From an uncultured Gammaproteobacteria bacterium (GTDB lineage: Bacteria > Pseudomonadota > Gammaproteobacteria > Arenicellales > CAJQKF01): DNA of 64,000 bases. This document shows positions 18,207 through 27,058 of this stretch, piece after piece. The DNA is taken from assembly GCA_964350265.1 (NCBI GenBank), contig CAYGJZ010000008.1, positions 1,097 to 65,096 of the forward strand, written 5' to 3'. The notes under the pieces are model-generated. The model was not told where the DNA came from, made no database searches, and saw nothing but the letters and a program-made list of their open reading frames with translations. The position numbers and the translations under genes were made by a program. Numbering within the stretch: position 1 is the stretch's first letter; the number at the start of each line of letters is the position of its first letter.

Positions 18207-19142
18207 TCAGCGGAAGGTGTAGCCGAAGGCCTCGCGAAAGCGCTGTTCGAACTCGTCCAGGCTGACGCGGTGGTTCTGGGTGCCGTGGTGGCCGATCTTG
18301 ATCGAACCCATCAGCGAAGCGATGCGGCCGGTGGTCGGCCAGTCCAGGCCCTCGGCGAGGCCGTACAGCAGGCCGCCACGGAAGGCGTCGCCGCAGCCGG
18401 TGGGGTCCACCGCGCTGGCCGCGGGCACCGGCTCGATCTCGGTGGTCCTGCCGCCGGCATGCACCACCGCGCCGCGGGCGCCCAGGGTGACGATCAGCGC
18501 ACCCACCCGGGCGGCGATCTGCTCCGCCGACAGGCCGGTCTTCTCGCACAGCATCTTCGACTCGTAGTCGTTGACAATCACCCACTCGGCGGCATCGATG
18601 AAGTTGCCGAGCTCGTCGCCGCTGAACATCGGCAGTCCCTGGCCGGGGTCGAAGACGAAGGGAATGCCGCGGGCACGGAAGTCGGCGGCATGCTGCAGCA
18701 TGGCGTCGCGGCCGTCGGGGGCGACGATGCCGAGGGTCACGCCGTCGGCGTCGCCGACGTGGTTGTGGTGTGCCCGGGACATTGCGCCGGGATGGAAGGC
18801 GATGATCTGGTTGTCATCCAGGTCCGTGGTGATGAAGGCCTGGGCGGTGTAGGTGTCGGCCAGCTCGGTGACGAAGCGGTCGCTGATGTTCAGCTCGTGC
18901 AGGCGTGCGCGGTAGGGGGCGAAGTCGTGGCCCACCGTGCCCATGGGCAGGGCGTCGCCGCCGAGCAGGTTCAGGTTGTAGGCGATGTTGCCGGCGCAGC
19001 CGCCGAACTCCCGGCGCATGTCCGGCACCATGAAGCAGACGTTGAGGATGTGCACCTGCTCGGGAATGATGTGGTTCTTGAACGAGTCGGGAAACACCAT
19101 GATGGTGTCATAGGCGAACGAGCCGCAGATCAGCGTGGACAA
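18207..19142 (-). CDS. PfkB-family carbohydrate/nucleoside kinase (adenosine-kinase-like)
   Basis: GGCAGNIAYNLNLLG is PfkB signature 1 and DPTGCGDAFRGGLLYG is signature 2. Confidence 0.85.
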   Translation of the reverse strand: MSTLICGSFAYDTIMVFPDSFKNHIIPEQVHILNVCFMVPDMRREFGGCAGNIAYNLNLLGGDALPMGTVGHDFAPYRARLHELNISDRFVTELADTYTAQAFITTDLDDNQIIAFHPGAMSRAHHNHVGDADGVTLGIVAPDGRDAMLQHAADFRARGIPFVFDPGQGLPMFSGDELGNFIDAAEWVIVNDYESKMLCEKTGLSAEQIAARVGALIVTLGARGAVVHAGGRTTEIEPVPAASAVDPTGCGDAFRGGLLYGLAEGLDWPTTGRIASLMGSIKIGHHGTQNHRVSLDEFEQRFREAFGYTFR

Positions 19143-19207
19143 GTCAGTCGTCTCCAGGTCGGGCGGGGAGCCCCGCCGGGGCGGGGCGGAAATCGGGTCG
19201 CGGCGGG

Positions 19208-19681
19208 CTACTTGTGCTTGAGGCGGAAAATGCCTTCGTCGAGTTCACCGGACCACGAGCACTTGCCGGACTCGCGGAAGCCGCGGCACACGCCGTACAG
19301 GTACAGCGAGTGGTCGTCGATGGCGAAGCCGGCCTGCTCGGCCACCTGCTTCTGGCGTTCCTCGATGGTGCGGTCGTAGAACTCGAACACCTTGCCGCAC
19401 TCCAGGCAGACCATGTGGTCGTGGTGGGACTCGTCGTTGAGTTCGAACACCGAGCGGCCGCCTTCGAAGTTGTGGCGGATCACCAGACCCGCACCCTCGA
19501 ACTGGGTGAGCACCCGGTACACCGTGGCCAGGCCGATCTCCTCGCCGGATTCGAGCAGGACCTTGTACACGTCCTCGGCGGACAGGTGGCGGACCTGCGT
19601 GTCTTCGAGGATCTGCAGGATCTTCAGCCTGGGCTGGGTCGTTTTCAGACCTGCTTTTTTCAGGTCAGTGCTGAATTCCAT
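19208..19681 (-). CDS. fur: Ferric uptake regulator
   Basis: LKKAGLKTTQPRLKILQIL...HLSAEDVYKVL...IGLATVYRVLTQFEGAGLV...HHDHMVCLECGKVFEF is the canonical Fur pattern. Confidence 0.93.
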   Translation of the reverse strand: MEFSTDLKKAGLKTTQPRLKILQILEDTQVRHLSAEDVYKVLLESGEEIGLATVYRVLTQFEGAGLVIRHNFEGGRSVFELNDESHHDHMVCLECGKVFEFYDRTIEERQKQVAEQAGFAIDDHSLYLYGVCRGFRESGKCSWSGELDEGIFRLKHK

Positions 19682-19817
19682 GGAATACGGCCTCCTCGTG
19701 GGTCCGGCTGGCGATCATACACGGCGCGGTACGGCGTCGTCCCTGCCATCGTCCCGTGCGTCCGGTGACGACGGTTATTCTTGCAATGAAAACATGGTCT
19801 TACGAGCGCCCGCGATT

Positions 19818-21017
19818 CTACCCGACTATCGACCCCGGTGCCAGCCCGCAGGCCTGGCGAACGAACAGGCGGCGTGCCGCCGGGCTGGCGGCGACCCGCG
19901 CCAGCGCACGGCCGCGCAGGGCGCCAAGGGTGGCGGAATCGTTGGCGAAGCCGAAATGGAACAGGTCCATGGCGGCAAGGGCGGCGGCATTGTGCGGGCG
20001 CCGGCGTCGCTGGTAGGCCGACAGCACCCGTTCGCCGCCGATGTCCTGGTCGCGTTCCCGCGCCTCGGCCAGCACCGCGGCCAGGGCCAGGGCATCGGCG
20101 ATGCCCTGGTTGGCACCCAGGCCGGCCAGCGGGTGCACGGTGTGGCCGGCATCGCCGACCAGCACCAGGCGCTCGGCGTGGTAGCGGCGGGCATGGCTGC
20201 GTCGCAGCGGGAAGGCCAGCCGCCGGCCGCTGGACAGCAGTTCGCCCATGTGCCCGTGGCAGGCGCTCTCGAGCCGGGCCAGGAAGTCGCCGTCGGACAG
20301 TGCCTGCATGGCCACGGCCTCGTCGGCGGGCAGGGACCAGACGATGGAGCAGCTGTCGTCGGCCAGCGGCAGGAAGGCCAGCGGTCCGCCGGGCAGGAAG
20401 ATCTGCCGCGCGGTGCCGCCGTGGCCGGGCCGGGTGACCACCCGCGCCACCAGCGCCTGCTGGCGATAGTCGAACACCTGCCGCGGAATGCCCGCCTGGC
20501 GACGCAGCGCCGAGCCGGCGCCGTCCGCGGCCACCAGCAGCCGGCCCCGCAGGTGCGTGCCGTCGCTGCAGGTCACCGCCACCTGGCCGCCGTCGCGACG
20601 GCTGTCGACGATGCGCCCGGGCGGGCTCTCGACGAAGCCGTCGCAGCTGGCCAGGGCCTCGTGCACGCTGGCGACGACGAGGTCATTCTCGAGGATGTGG
20701 GCGAGGTGGCCGAGCCCGGCATCGGCGGCGTCGAATACCAGCACCTGGTCGTGGCCGGCGTCGCGCACCTCGATGCGGTCGAAGGGCGCGGTGCGCCCGG
20801 CGGCAATGCGCGACCAGGCGCCGAGGCGTCGCAGGGCGTCTTCCGAGGCATGGTGAATGGAGGACACCCGCATGGCCGGCTGCTCGCCGGGAAAGACGGC
20901 CCGGCGCGGATCGACCACGGTGGTGGCGAGGCCGGCGCGGGCCAGCGCCAGGGCGGTCACCGCGCCGGCCATGCCGCCGCCGGCGACGATGACGTCGACC
21001 CGGGTGGTCCTGCTCAT
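19818..21017 (-). CDS. ubiI: UbiH/UbiF/UbiI(VisC)-family FAD-dependent ubiquinone hydroxylase
   Basis: DVIVAGGGMAGAVTALALARAG is the FAD fingerprint. GDAGHTVHPLAGLGANQG is also present. The symbol is assigned only from the ygfB-pepP-ubiH-visC synteny. An ATGA overlap links it to ubiH. Confidence 0.8.
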   Translation of the reverse strand: MSRTTRVDVIVAGGGMAGAVTALALARAGLATTVVDPRRAVFPGEQPAMRVSSIHHASEDALRRLGAWSRIAAGRTAPFDRIEVRDAGHDQVLVFDAADAGLGHLAHILENDLVVASVHEALASCDGFVESPPGRIVDSRRDGGQVAVTCSDGTHLRGRLLVAADGAGSALRRQAGIPRQVFDYRQQALVARVVTRPGHGGTARQIFLPGGPLAFLPLADDSCSIVWSLPADEAVAMQALSDGDFLARLESACHGHMGELLSSGRRLAFPLRRSHARRYHAERLVLVGDAGHTVHPLAGLGANQGIADALALAAVLAEARERDQDIGGERVLSAYQRRRRPHNAAALAAMDLFHFGFANDSATLGALRGRALARVAASPAARRLFVRQACGLAPGSIVG

Positions 21018-22231
21018 GGCCGGCGCGGGCGGGCGCCGCGCACCAGCGCCGGCAGCTTGCCGTGGCGACCCATGGTGCGGGCCAGCAGGAAGCGTCGGGC
21101 CGGCGGCAGCAGGTCGACCAGGTTCAGGCCCGCCGAGCGCAGCCAGCCGATGCCCGGGGCGCTGCTGGTGGTGAGGCCGATCAGGCCGTCGGTGAACCGT
21201 TCCACCCGTCGCGCCTGGACGGTGCGGCTGCGGGCATAGTCGTCGAGCAGCGCGGCATCGCCGATGTCGCTGCCCGCTGCCCAGGCCGCGAGCAGTCGCT
21301 CGGCCAGTTCGGCGACATCGCGCAGGCCGAGGTTGAAGCCCTGGCCGGCCACCGGGTGGACGATGTGCGCGGCATTGCCCACCGCCACCACCCGGCCGGC
21401 CACCGGCCGGGCCAGGTGGCCGCGGGACAGCGGGTAGACTCGCCTGGCGCCGACCCGCTCGAAGCGTCCGCAGCGGTCGCCGAAGCCGCGTTGCAGGGCG
21501 GCGAGGAACTCGTCCTCGTCGCAGCGCTCGAGCCGGGCGGCGGTTTCCGCCGGCAGTGTCCAGGCCAGCGCCATGCGTCGGCCGGTCATCGGCAGCAGGG
21601 CCAGCGGGCCGTGCTCGGTGAAGCGTTCGTAGGCCAGGTGACGGTGCTCGCGGGAGACGCCGACGATGGCCACCAGGGCATGCTGCGGGTAGCGGCGTGC
21701 GGTCAGCGACAGGCCGGCCTCTGCGCCCAGCGGCGAGCGGCCGCCATCGGCCAGCGCCAGCAGCGGTGCCTGGAAGCGCCGGCCGGCGGCGTGTACCGCG
21801 ATCCCGCCGTCGACCCGTTCCAGGCCCTCGGCGGTGGCCGGGCAGACGAGTTCCACCCCGGGCAGGTCCTGCATCCGCGCGGTCAGCGCGCTGCCCAGCG
21901 CACGGGTGGGGACGACGTAGCCCAGCGCCTCGGTGCCGGCATCCCGACGGTCCAGGCGGGCGGCGCCGAAGCGGCCGCGGTCGCTGACGTGGATGGCATG
22001 GATGGGGCAGGCGTCCGCGGCCACCGCGGACCAGGCGCCGATGCCTTCGAGCACCCGCTGCGAGGCATGGGTGAGGGCGATGGTGCGCTCGTCGAAGCTG
22101 ACCTGGCGGGCATCATCCGGGGCATGCGACTCCAGCACCACCACGCGTGCGGCCTCGCCCACGGCGCAGGCCAGGCTGGCCCCGGCCAGGCCGCCGCCGG
22201 CAATCACCAGGTCGCAGTCGGCCTCGTTCAT
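21014..22231 (-). CDS. ubiH: 2-octaprenyl-6-methoxyphenol hydroxylase
   Basis: MNEADCDLVIAGGGLAGASLACAV...GNAAHIVHPVAGQGFNLGLRD. The ATG at 22231 lies inside the fused track ORF 21014..23383. It overlaps the pepP stop (ATGA). Confidence 0.85.
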   Translation of the reverse strand: MNEADCDLVIAGGGLAGASLACAVGEAARVVVLESHAPDDARQVSFDERTIALTHASQRVLEGIGAWSAVAADACPIHAIHVSDRGRFGAARLDRRDAGTEALGYVVPTRALGSALTARMQDLPGVELVCPATAEGLERVDGGIAVHAAGRRFQAPLLALADGGRSPLGAEAGLSLTARRYPQHALVAIVGVSREHRHLAYERFTEHGPLALLPMTGRRMALAWTLPAETAARLERCDEDEFLAALQRGFGDRCGRFERVGARRVYPLSRGHLARPVAGRVVAVGNAAHIVHPVAGQGFNLGLRDVAELAERLLAAWAAGSDIGDAALLDDYARSRTVQARRVERFTDGLIGLTTSSAPGIGWLRSAGLNLVDLLPPARRFLLARTMGRHGKLPALVRGARPRRP

Positions 22232-23532
22232 GAGGCCATCAGCGCCTCGATCTCGTCCACTGCCTTGGGCACCCCGGCGGTGAGCACTTCCGGACCGCGC
22301 GGGGCGATCAGCACGTCGTCCTCGATGCGGATGCCGATGTCGTGGAAGCGCGGATCGATGTCGTCGGCGGCGGCAATGTACAGCCCCGGCTCCACCGTCA
22401 GCGTCATGCCCGCCTCCAGCGGTCGCCACTGGCCGTCGATCTGGTAGTCGCCGACATCGTGCACGTCCATGCCCAGCCAGTGGCCGGTGCGGTGCATGTA
22501 GAAGCGTCGGTAGGCGGCGGTCTCGATGATCTCGTCGACACTGCCGGACAGCAGGCCGAGGTCGAGCAGTCCCTGGCACAGGGTGCGCACCGCGGCCTCG
22601 TGGGGCGCGTTCCAGTGGCTGCCCTCGACACAGGCGGCGATGGCGTCGTGCTGGGCCGCCAGCACCACCTCGTAGACCGCCCGCTGGGCGGCGCTGAACC
22701 GGCCGTTGACCGGGAAGGTGCGGGTGATGTCGGCGGCGTAGCAGCCGAGTTCGGCGCCGGCGTCGATCAGCAGCAGGTCGCCGTCGCGCAGTCGGTCGCT
22801 GTTCTCGGTGTAGTGCAGGATGCAGGCATTGGCGCCGCCGGCGACGATGGCCGGGTAGGCATGGTGCATGCTGCCGCCAAGGCCGAACTCGTAGTCCAGC
22901 TCCGCCTTGACCTGGTACTCGTACAGGCCCGGACGGCAGGCGCGCATGGCGCGCACGTGGCCACGCGCGGAAATCTCCGCGGCGCGGCGCATGATGCGGA
23001 TCTCCTCGCTGCCCTTGACCAGCCGCATCTCGTGCAGGATGTGACCGATGTCCACCAGCCCGGCTGGGGCGTGGACGCCGCTGTGCGACTTGGTGCGCAC
23101 CTCGCTCAGCCAGTGGATCAGGCGGCTGTCGAACTCGGCATAGCGGCCCATGGTGCAGTACACCCGGTCGCGGTTCTCGAGCAGGCCGGGCAGGATCTCG
23201 TCGATGTCGTCGATGGGGAAGGCATCGTCGGCGCCGTACTCGGCCACCGCGCCCTCCAGCCCGGCGCGACGCCCGTCCCACAGCTCCCGCTGCGGGTCCT
23301 TCTCCCGGCAGAAGAGAATGAACTCGCCCTGTTCGCGGCCCGGGATCAGCACCATGCAGGCATCGGGCTCGGGAAAGCCGCACAGGTAGTGGAAGTCGCT
23401 GTCCGGTCGAAAGTCGTGGTGCACGTCGCCGTTGCGCACCTGCTCGGTGGCGCCGGGAATCACGGCGACGCCGTTGTCCATCAACTGCATCAGCTCGCGA
23501 CGTCGTTTCTTGTAGCTGGCGATCTCGATCAT
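22228..23532 (-). CDS. pepP: Xaa-Pro aminopeptidase
   Basis: The 434-aa product contains FRPDSDFHYLCGFPEP, LIDAGAELGCYAADITRTFPVNG, HRTGHWLGMDVHD and TVEPGLY. Confidence 0.92.
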   Translation of the reverse strand: MIEIASYKKRRRELMQLMDNGVAVIPGATEQVRNGDVHHDFRPDSDFHYLCGFPEPDACMVLIPGREQGEFILFCREKDPQRELWDGRRAGLEGAVAEYGADDAFPIDDIDEILPGLLENRDRVYCTMGRYAEFDSRLIHWLSEVRTKSHSGVHAPAGLVDIGHILHEMRLVKGSEEIRIMRRAAEISARGHVRAMRACRPGLYEYQVKAELDYEFGLGGSMHHAYPAIVAGGANACILHYTENSDRLRDGDLLLIDAGAELGCYAADITRTFPVNGRFSAAQRAVYEVVLAAQHDAIAACVEGSHWNAPHEAAVRTLCQGLLDLGLLSGSVDEIIETAAYRRFYMHRTGHWLGMDVHDVGDYQIDGQWRPLEAGMTLTVEPGLYIAAADDIDPRFHDIGIRIEDDVLIAPRGPEVLTAGVPKAVDEIEALMAS

Positions 23533-24086
23533 TCCGGTTTGTTCGTTGTGCGTGGTTCAGGTGCCGCGGGACGGTGGATGCCGTCGTGCAGCAGTTGCGT
23601 GGCGACGCGCAGGTACTCGTGGATCTCCACCAGGTTGCGTCGCTGGCTGCGCTCGTCGTCGTCGTCGACCTCCATGCCGGCCAGCGCGCGGATGTCTTCC
23701 AGGGCCTCGCCGGCCTCGCTGCCGTCGGGCCTGGCGCCGGTCAGCGGAAAGGCCTGGACGAAGCCGCTGCACCAGTCCGACACCGCCTCCACCTGCACCT
23801 GCACCGGGGCATCGTCGTCGGGCAGCAGGGGGCGGAAGCCGAAGGCATCGGTGCGCAGCGCGCCCGTCGCCAGGGCCGAGACGCTGGCCAGGACCCGGGC
23901 GATGTCCTCGCGTTCGGCAATGTCGCCGAGCAGGCCCGGCCACAGCCCATCGCCGGCGCTGCCGGCGCAGGCCATGGCGGTGGCCATGCCATGCACCTCG
24001 GCCAGCCCGGTGCCGGACAGGTGTTGGCGCAGGACCTCGTCGAGTTCGGCGAAGTGCTGCTGGAAGGTTTGTTCGTCGTCGCTCAT
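23529..24086 (-). CDS. ygfB: UPF0149 family protein (YgfB-like)
   Basis: An acidic 185-aa protein (AEVHGMATAMACAG...VSDWCSGFVQAF) in the conserved position upstream of pepP, with an ATGA overlap. Confidence 0.75.
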   Translation of the reverse strand: MSDDEQTFQQHFAELDEVLRQHLSGTGLAEVHGMATAMACAGSAGDGLWPGLLGDIAEREDIARVLASVSALATGALRTDAFGFRPLLPDDDAPVQVQVEAVSDWCSGFVQAFPLTGARPDGSEAGEALEDIRALAGMEVDDDDERSQRRNLVEIHEYLRVATQLLHDGIHRPAAPEPRTTNKPE

Positions 24087-24160
24087 GGAAGCATCGCGGG
24101 CGGTGCGGGAGAGGGCGTATTCTACGTGTCTTGGCGGTCACCGCGCAGGCGCCTGCGCGG

Positions 24161-24189
24161 TTGCATTTTAGCCTCGAACAGAAGAGAAT
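24161..24189 (+). promoter_or_regulatory. Candidate sigma70 promoter for zapB-like/zapA (TTGCAT-N17-GAGAAT)
   Basis: TTGCAT lies at 24161-24166 and GAGAAT at 24184-24189, with 17-nt spacing. A perfect 20-bp palindrome (24141-24160) sits immediately upstream. Confidence 0.3.
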
Positions 24190-24290
24190 GCCGCGCGTAT
24201 ACGCCGTGTGATTCCGGGGCCTGGCGCGCCGGCCGCCACGCGGGGAACGCCCCCATTGCCTGCCTTCGCGCAACTGCCGGACCGTTCACG

Positions 24291-24500
24291 TTGGAACCAG
24301 ACCTAGACATTCTCGCCGAGCGCGTCGACGAACTGATCGAAACCGTTCACCGGTTGCGCCGCGACAACCAGAGCCTGAAGGAGCGCGAGCAGGCGCTGAA
24401 CGCGGAGCGGGACCGGCTCAAGGAAAAGAACCTCGAGGCCAAGCAGCGGCTGGAATCGATCATCAATCGCCTGCGCCAGTCCGGCGGAGAGTCCTCTTGA
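24291..24500 (+). CDS. Small coiled-coil protein (ZapB-like / TIGR02449-like) upstream of zapA
   Basis: (L->M)EPDLDILAERVDELIETVHRLRRDNQSLKEREQALNAERDRLKEKNLEAKQRLESIINRL has a continuous heptad pattern. The TTG start at 24291 is inferred. The product is the C-terminal part of track ORF 23574..24500. Confidence 0.55.
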   Translation: MEPDLDILAERVDELIETVHRLRRDNQSLKEREQALNAERDRLKEKNLEAKQRLESIINRLRQSGGESS

Positions 24501-24793
24501 GCGACAAACTCAACTTCAAGGTCAACATCATGGACCGCGACTTCACCGTCGCCTGCGAAGATGGAGACCAGGACAACCTGCTCGCCGCCGCCGCCTACCT
24601 GGACCGGCAGATGCGCGACATCCAGCGTTCCGGCCGGGTCATCGGCCACGAGCGCTGCGCCATCATGGCGGCGCTGAACATCGCCAACGAACTGCTCCAG
24701 GGCCATGTCGCCGCGCCGGCCGCCGAGCCGGGCCGGATCGGCGAGATCGTCTCGCGCATCGATGCCGCCATCGGCGAGTCGTCCAAGGCCTGA
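24497..24793 (+). CDS. zapA: Cell division protein ZapA
   Basis: KVNIMDRDFTVACEDGDQDNLLAAAAYLDRQMRDIQ...ERCAIMAALNIANELL aligns with E. coli ZapA (from memory). The TTG start overlaps the upstream stop (TTGA). Confidence 0.85.
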   Translation: MSDKLNFKVNIMDRDFTVACEDGDQDNLLAAAAYLDRQMRDIQRSGRVIGHERCAIMAALNIANELLQGHVAAPAAEPGRIGEIVSRIDAAIGESSKA

Positions 24794-24865
24794 GCACGGC
24801 CCGGCGATCGTGGCCGTTTACGAGGTGTCCATGCAGCGGCGAAGGCTTTTCGCTAGAATACCCCC

Positions 24866-25050
24866 GCGCCGCCTGTTGTGTTCGAGCAGGTCCAAATCCC
24901 TTAGAACCTAGAATACCCACGGGGAAACCCTGGTAAGCGTGCTGTGAGCACGTCCGCCTTGCGCGGAAAGCCTGATGCGCGCTTTCGGGTTCCCACTTGA
25001 ACCATTTGGTTCAAGGTACCGGATCGGTACGGCACATACGGGCGGCGTCC
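24866..25050 (+). ncRNA. ssrS: 6S RNA
   Basis: It lies between zapA and ygfA, as in other gammaproteobacteria. The 3' half carries CACTTGAACCATTTGGTTCAAGG, which matches E. coli CACCUUGAACCAAGGGUUCAAGG. The internal hairpin CGTGCTgtgAGCACG is followed by GGAAAGCC. The 5' end GCGCCGCC pairs with the 3' end GGCGGCGT. A TAGAAT box lies 6-7 nt upstream. The ends are accurate to about 5 nt. Confidence 0.85.
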
Positions 25051-25072
25051 ACCCACGATTTCATTCAGCCAC

Positions 25073-25723
25073 GTGAACGACCCGTCGCCAATCAATGCAT
25101 CGAGCAAGGTCGAACTGCGACGGGCGCTGCGCGCGCGTCGCCGCGACCTTGATGCCGCTCGCCAGCGTATCGCGGCGAGGCGGCTGGCGCGCCGGCTGGC
25201 CCTGCTCGGGCTGTTCGGCCCGCGTCGTCACGTCGCCTTCTACCTGTCCAACGACGGCGAGATCGATCCCGGCGAGGCGATGCGCCTGGCCGCTGCCGCC
25301 GGCACCTGCTGCTACCTGCCGGTGGTGCCGCCGAAGGGCGCGCGGGTGCTGCGCTTCGCGCCGGTGCATGCCGACAGCCGCTTTCGCCCGAACCGGTTCG
25401 GCATTCCCGAGCCGGTGGTCGAGCCGGGGGCATTGCGCCATGCGGCGCAGCTGGACACGGTGCTGCTGCCGCTGGTCGGCTTCGATGCCGTCGGCAACCG
25501 CCTGGGCATGGGCGGTGGCTTCTACGATGCCACGCTCGCGGCACGTGCCGCCAGACGCCACTTCCGGCGTCCCCGCGTGCTCGGCCTCGCCCATCAATGC
25601 CAGCAGGTCCCTGCCATCGATGCCGAGCCCTGGGACATTCCCCTCGACGGCATCGCCACCGACCGGTCGCTGTTGGTGTTCGGCGGGTCATCCGCCGCAA
25701 CCGCCAGCCAGGTCGTGTCCTAG
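25073..25723 (+). CDS. ygfA: 5-formyltetrahydrofolate cyclo-ligase
   Basis: It has a GTG start. Motifs present are LRRALRARRRDL, FYLSNDGEIDP, FGIPEP, LLPLVGFDAVGNRLGMGGGFYD and WDIPLDGIATD. Confidence 0.88.
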   Translation: MNDPSPINASSKVELRRALRARRRDLDAARQRIAARRLARRLALLGLFGPRRHVAFYLSNDGEIDPGEAMRLAAAAGTCCYLPVVPPKGARVLRFAPVHADSRFRPNRFGIPEPVVEPGALRHAAQLDTVLLPLVGFDAVGNRLGMGGGFYDATLAARAARRHFRRPRVLGLAHQCQQVPAIDAEPWDIPLDGIATDRSLLVFGGSSAATASQVVS

Positions 25724-25735
25724 GAGTTCCACGCC

Positions 25736-26545
25736 ATGTTGATCCTGTTCGTCGGCGATGTCATCGCCAAGGGCGGCCGCCGCGCCCTCGCCACCGCCCT
25801 GCAGGAGCTGGAGGGGGAGTACGACATCGACCTGGTGGTGGTCAACGCCGAGAATTCGGCCGGCGGCTTCGGCGTGACCCGGGGCGTTGCCGACGAGTTC
25901 TTCGCCATGGGCGCGCAGGTGCTGACCACCGGCAACCACGCCTGGGACAAGCGCGAGGCGCTGGATTTCATCGAGGAAGAGCCGCGCCTGCTGCGCCCGC
26001 ACAACTACCCGCCCGGCACCCCGGGCAGCGGCTGGACCATTGCCACCGCGCGAAACGGCGAGCCGGTGGGTGTGCTCAACACCATGGGCCGGGTCTTCAT
26101 GCACCCGGACCTGGACTGCCCGTTCCGCTGCGCCGACGAGGTGCTGGCGGCCAAGCCGGCCTCGGTGAAGGTGGTGCTGGTGGACTTCCACGCCGAGGCC
26201 AGCAGCGAGAAGGTGGCCATGGGCTGGCATCTCGACGGCCGCGCCAGCGCGGTGGTCGGCACCCATACCCACGTGCCCACCGCCGACGAGCGACTGCTGC
26301 CCGGCGGCACCGCCTTCATCTCCGATGTCGGCATGACCGGCAGCTACGATTCGGTGATCGGCATGAAGACCGAAGAATCCCTGACCCGCTTCGTCACCAA
26401 GCTGCCGCAGCGGCTGGAGCCCGCCGCCGGGCCGGCCACCGTCTGCGCGGTGCTGATCGATGTCGACGAGCGCACCGGCCGCGCCCGCGGCATTCGTCGC
26501 CTGCGCCGAGGCCACGCCATCGACACGGGTACCCTGGAACCTTGA
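25736..26545 (+). CDS. YmdB-like metallophosphoesterase (TIGR00282 family)
   Basis: MLILFVGDVIAKGGRRAL...VVVNAENSAGGFG...TTGNHAWDK...DFHAEASSEK...GTHTHVPTADERLLPGGTAFISDVGMTG. Confidence 0.88.
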   Translation: MLILFVGDVIAKGGRRALATALQELEGEYDIDLVVVNAENSAGGFGVTRGVADEFFAMGAQVLTTGNHAWDKREALDFIEEEPRLLRPHNYPPGTPGSGWTIATARNGEPVGVLNTMGRVFMHPDLDCPFRCADEVLAAKPASVKVVLVDFHAEASSEKVAMGWHLDGRASAVVGTHTHVPTADERLLPGGTAFISDVGMTGSYDSVIGMKTEESLTRFVTKLPQRLEPAAGPATVCAVLIDVDERTGRARGIRRLRRGHAIDTGTLEP

Positions 26546-26561
26546 GAGCACGAACGCAACG

Positions 26562-27050
26562 ATGAGCAACGAACGCCGCTACTGGCTGATGAAGAGCGAG
26601 CCGGACGCCTTTTCCATCGACGATCTTGCCGCCCAGCCGGGCCGCCGTGATCACTGGGACGGTATCCGCAACTACCAGGCGCGCAACTACATGCGCGACG
26701 AGATGAACAAGGGCGACCTGGTGCTCTTCTACCACTCCAACTGCGACCAGCCGGGCATCGTCGGCATCGCCGAGGTGGTCAGCGAAGCCTATCCCGATCA
26801 CACCGCCTTCGACCCGACCTCGAAGTACCACGACCCGAAGAGCGACCCGGACAACCCGCGCTGGCTGATGGTGGACATCCGCTATCGCCGCAAGCTGAAG
26901 CGACCGGTCTCCCTGGCCGAGCTGAAGGCCGACCCGGAACTGTCCTCCATGCGGGTCTGCCAGAAGGGCAGCCGGCTGTCCATCACCCCGGTCACTGCCG
27001 CGGAATGGTCCGCCGTGCTGGCCTTCTCCGGCACCCCGGAGCCGAGGTAG
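26562..27050 (+). CDS. EVE (PUA-like) domain protein
   Basis: RYWLMKSEPDAFSIDDL...WDGIRNYQARNYMRDEMNKGDLVLFYHSN...GIVGIAEV. The ATG at 26562 lies inside track ORF 26460..27050. Confidence 0.85.
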   Translation: MSNERRYWLMKSEPDAFSIDDLAAQPGRRDHWDGIRNYQARNYMRDEMNKGDLVLFYHSNCDQPGIVGIAEVVSEAYPDHTAFDPTSKYHDPKSDPDNPRWLMVDIRYRRKLKRPVSLAELKADPELSSMRVCQKGSRLSITPVTAAEWSAVLAFSGTPEPR

Positions 27051-27058
27051 TCGATCAC

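Noticed and set aside
19143-19207. A GC-rich hairpin (GGGCGGGGagCCCCGCC...) between fur and the PfkB gene. I considered it as the fur terminator.
   Set aside because: A stem is plausible, but no U-tract follows on the minus strand. The two genes may be co-transcribed.
19760-19800. An AT-rich island (ttattcttgcaatgaaaacatggtc) about 90-110 nt upstream of fur. I considered it as a Fur box and autoregulatory operator.
   Set aside because: I could not align it convincingly to the 19-bp GATAATGATAATCATTATC consensus in either orientation. It may simply hold the fur promoter.
24901-25107. Track ORFs on both strands across 24663..25107, for example 24901..25107(-) at 68 aa.
   Set aside because: They overlap the 6S RNA gene, which is supported by synteny and conserved hairpins. 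The peptides have no features.
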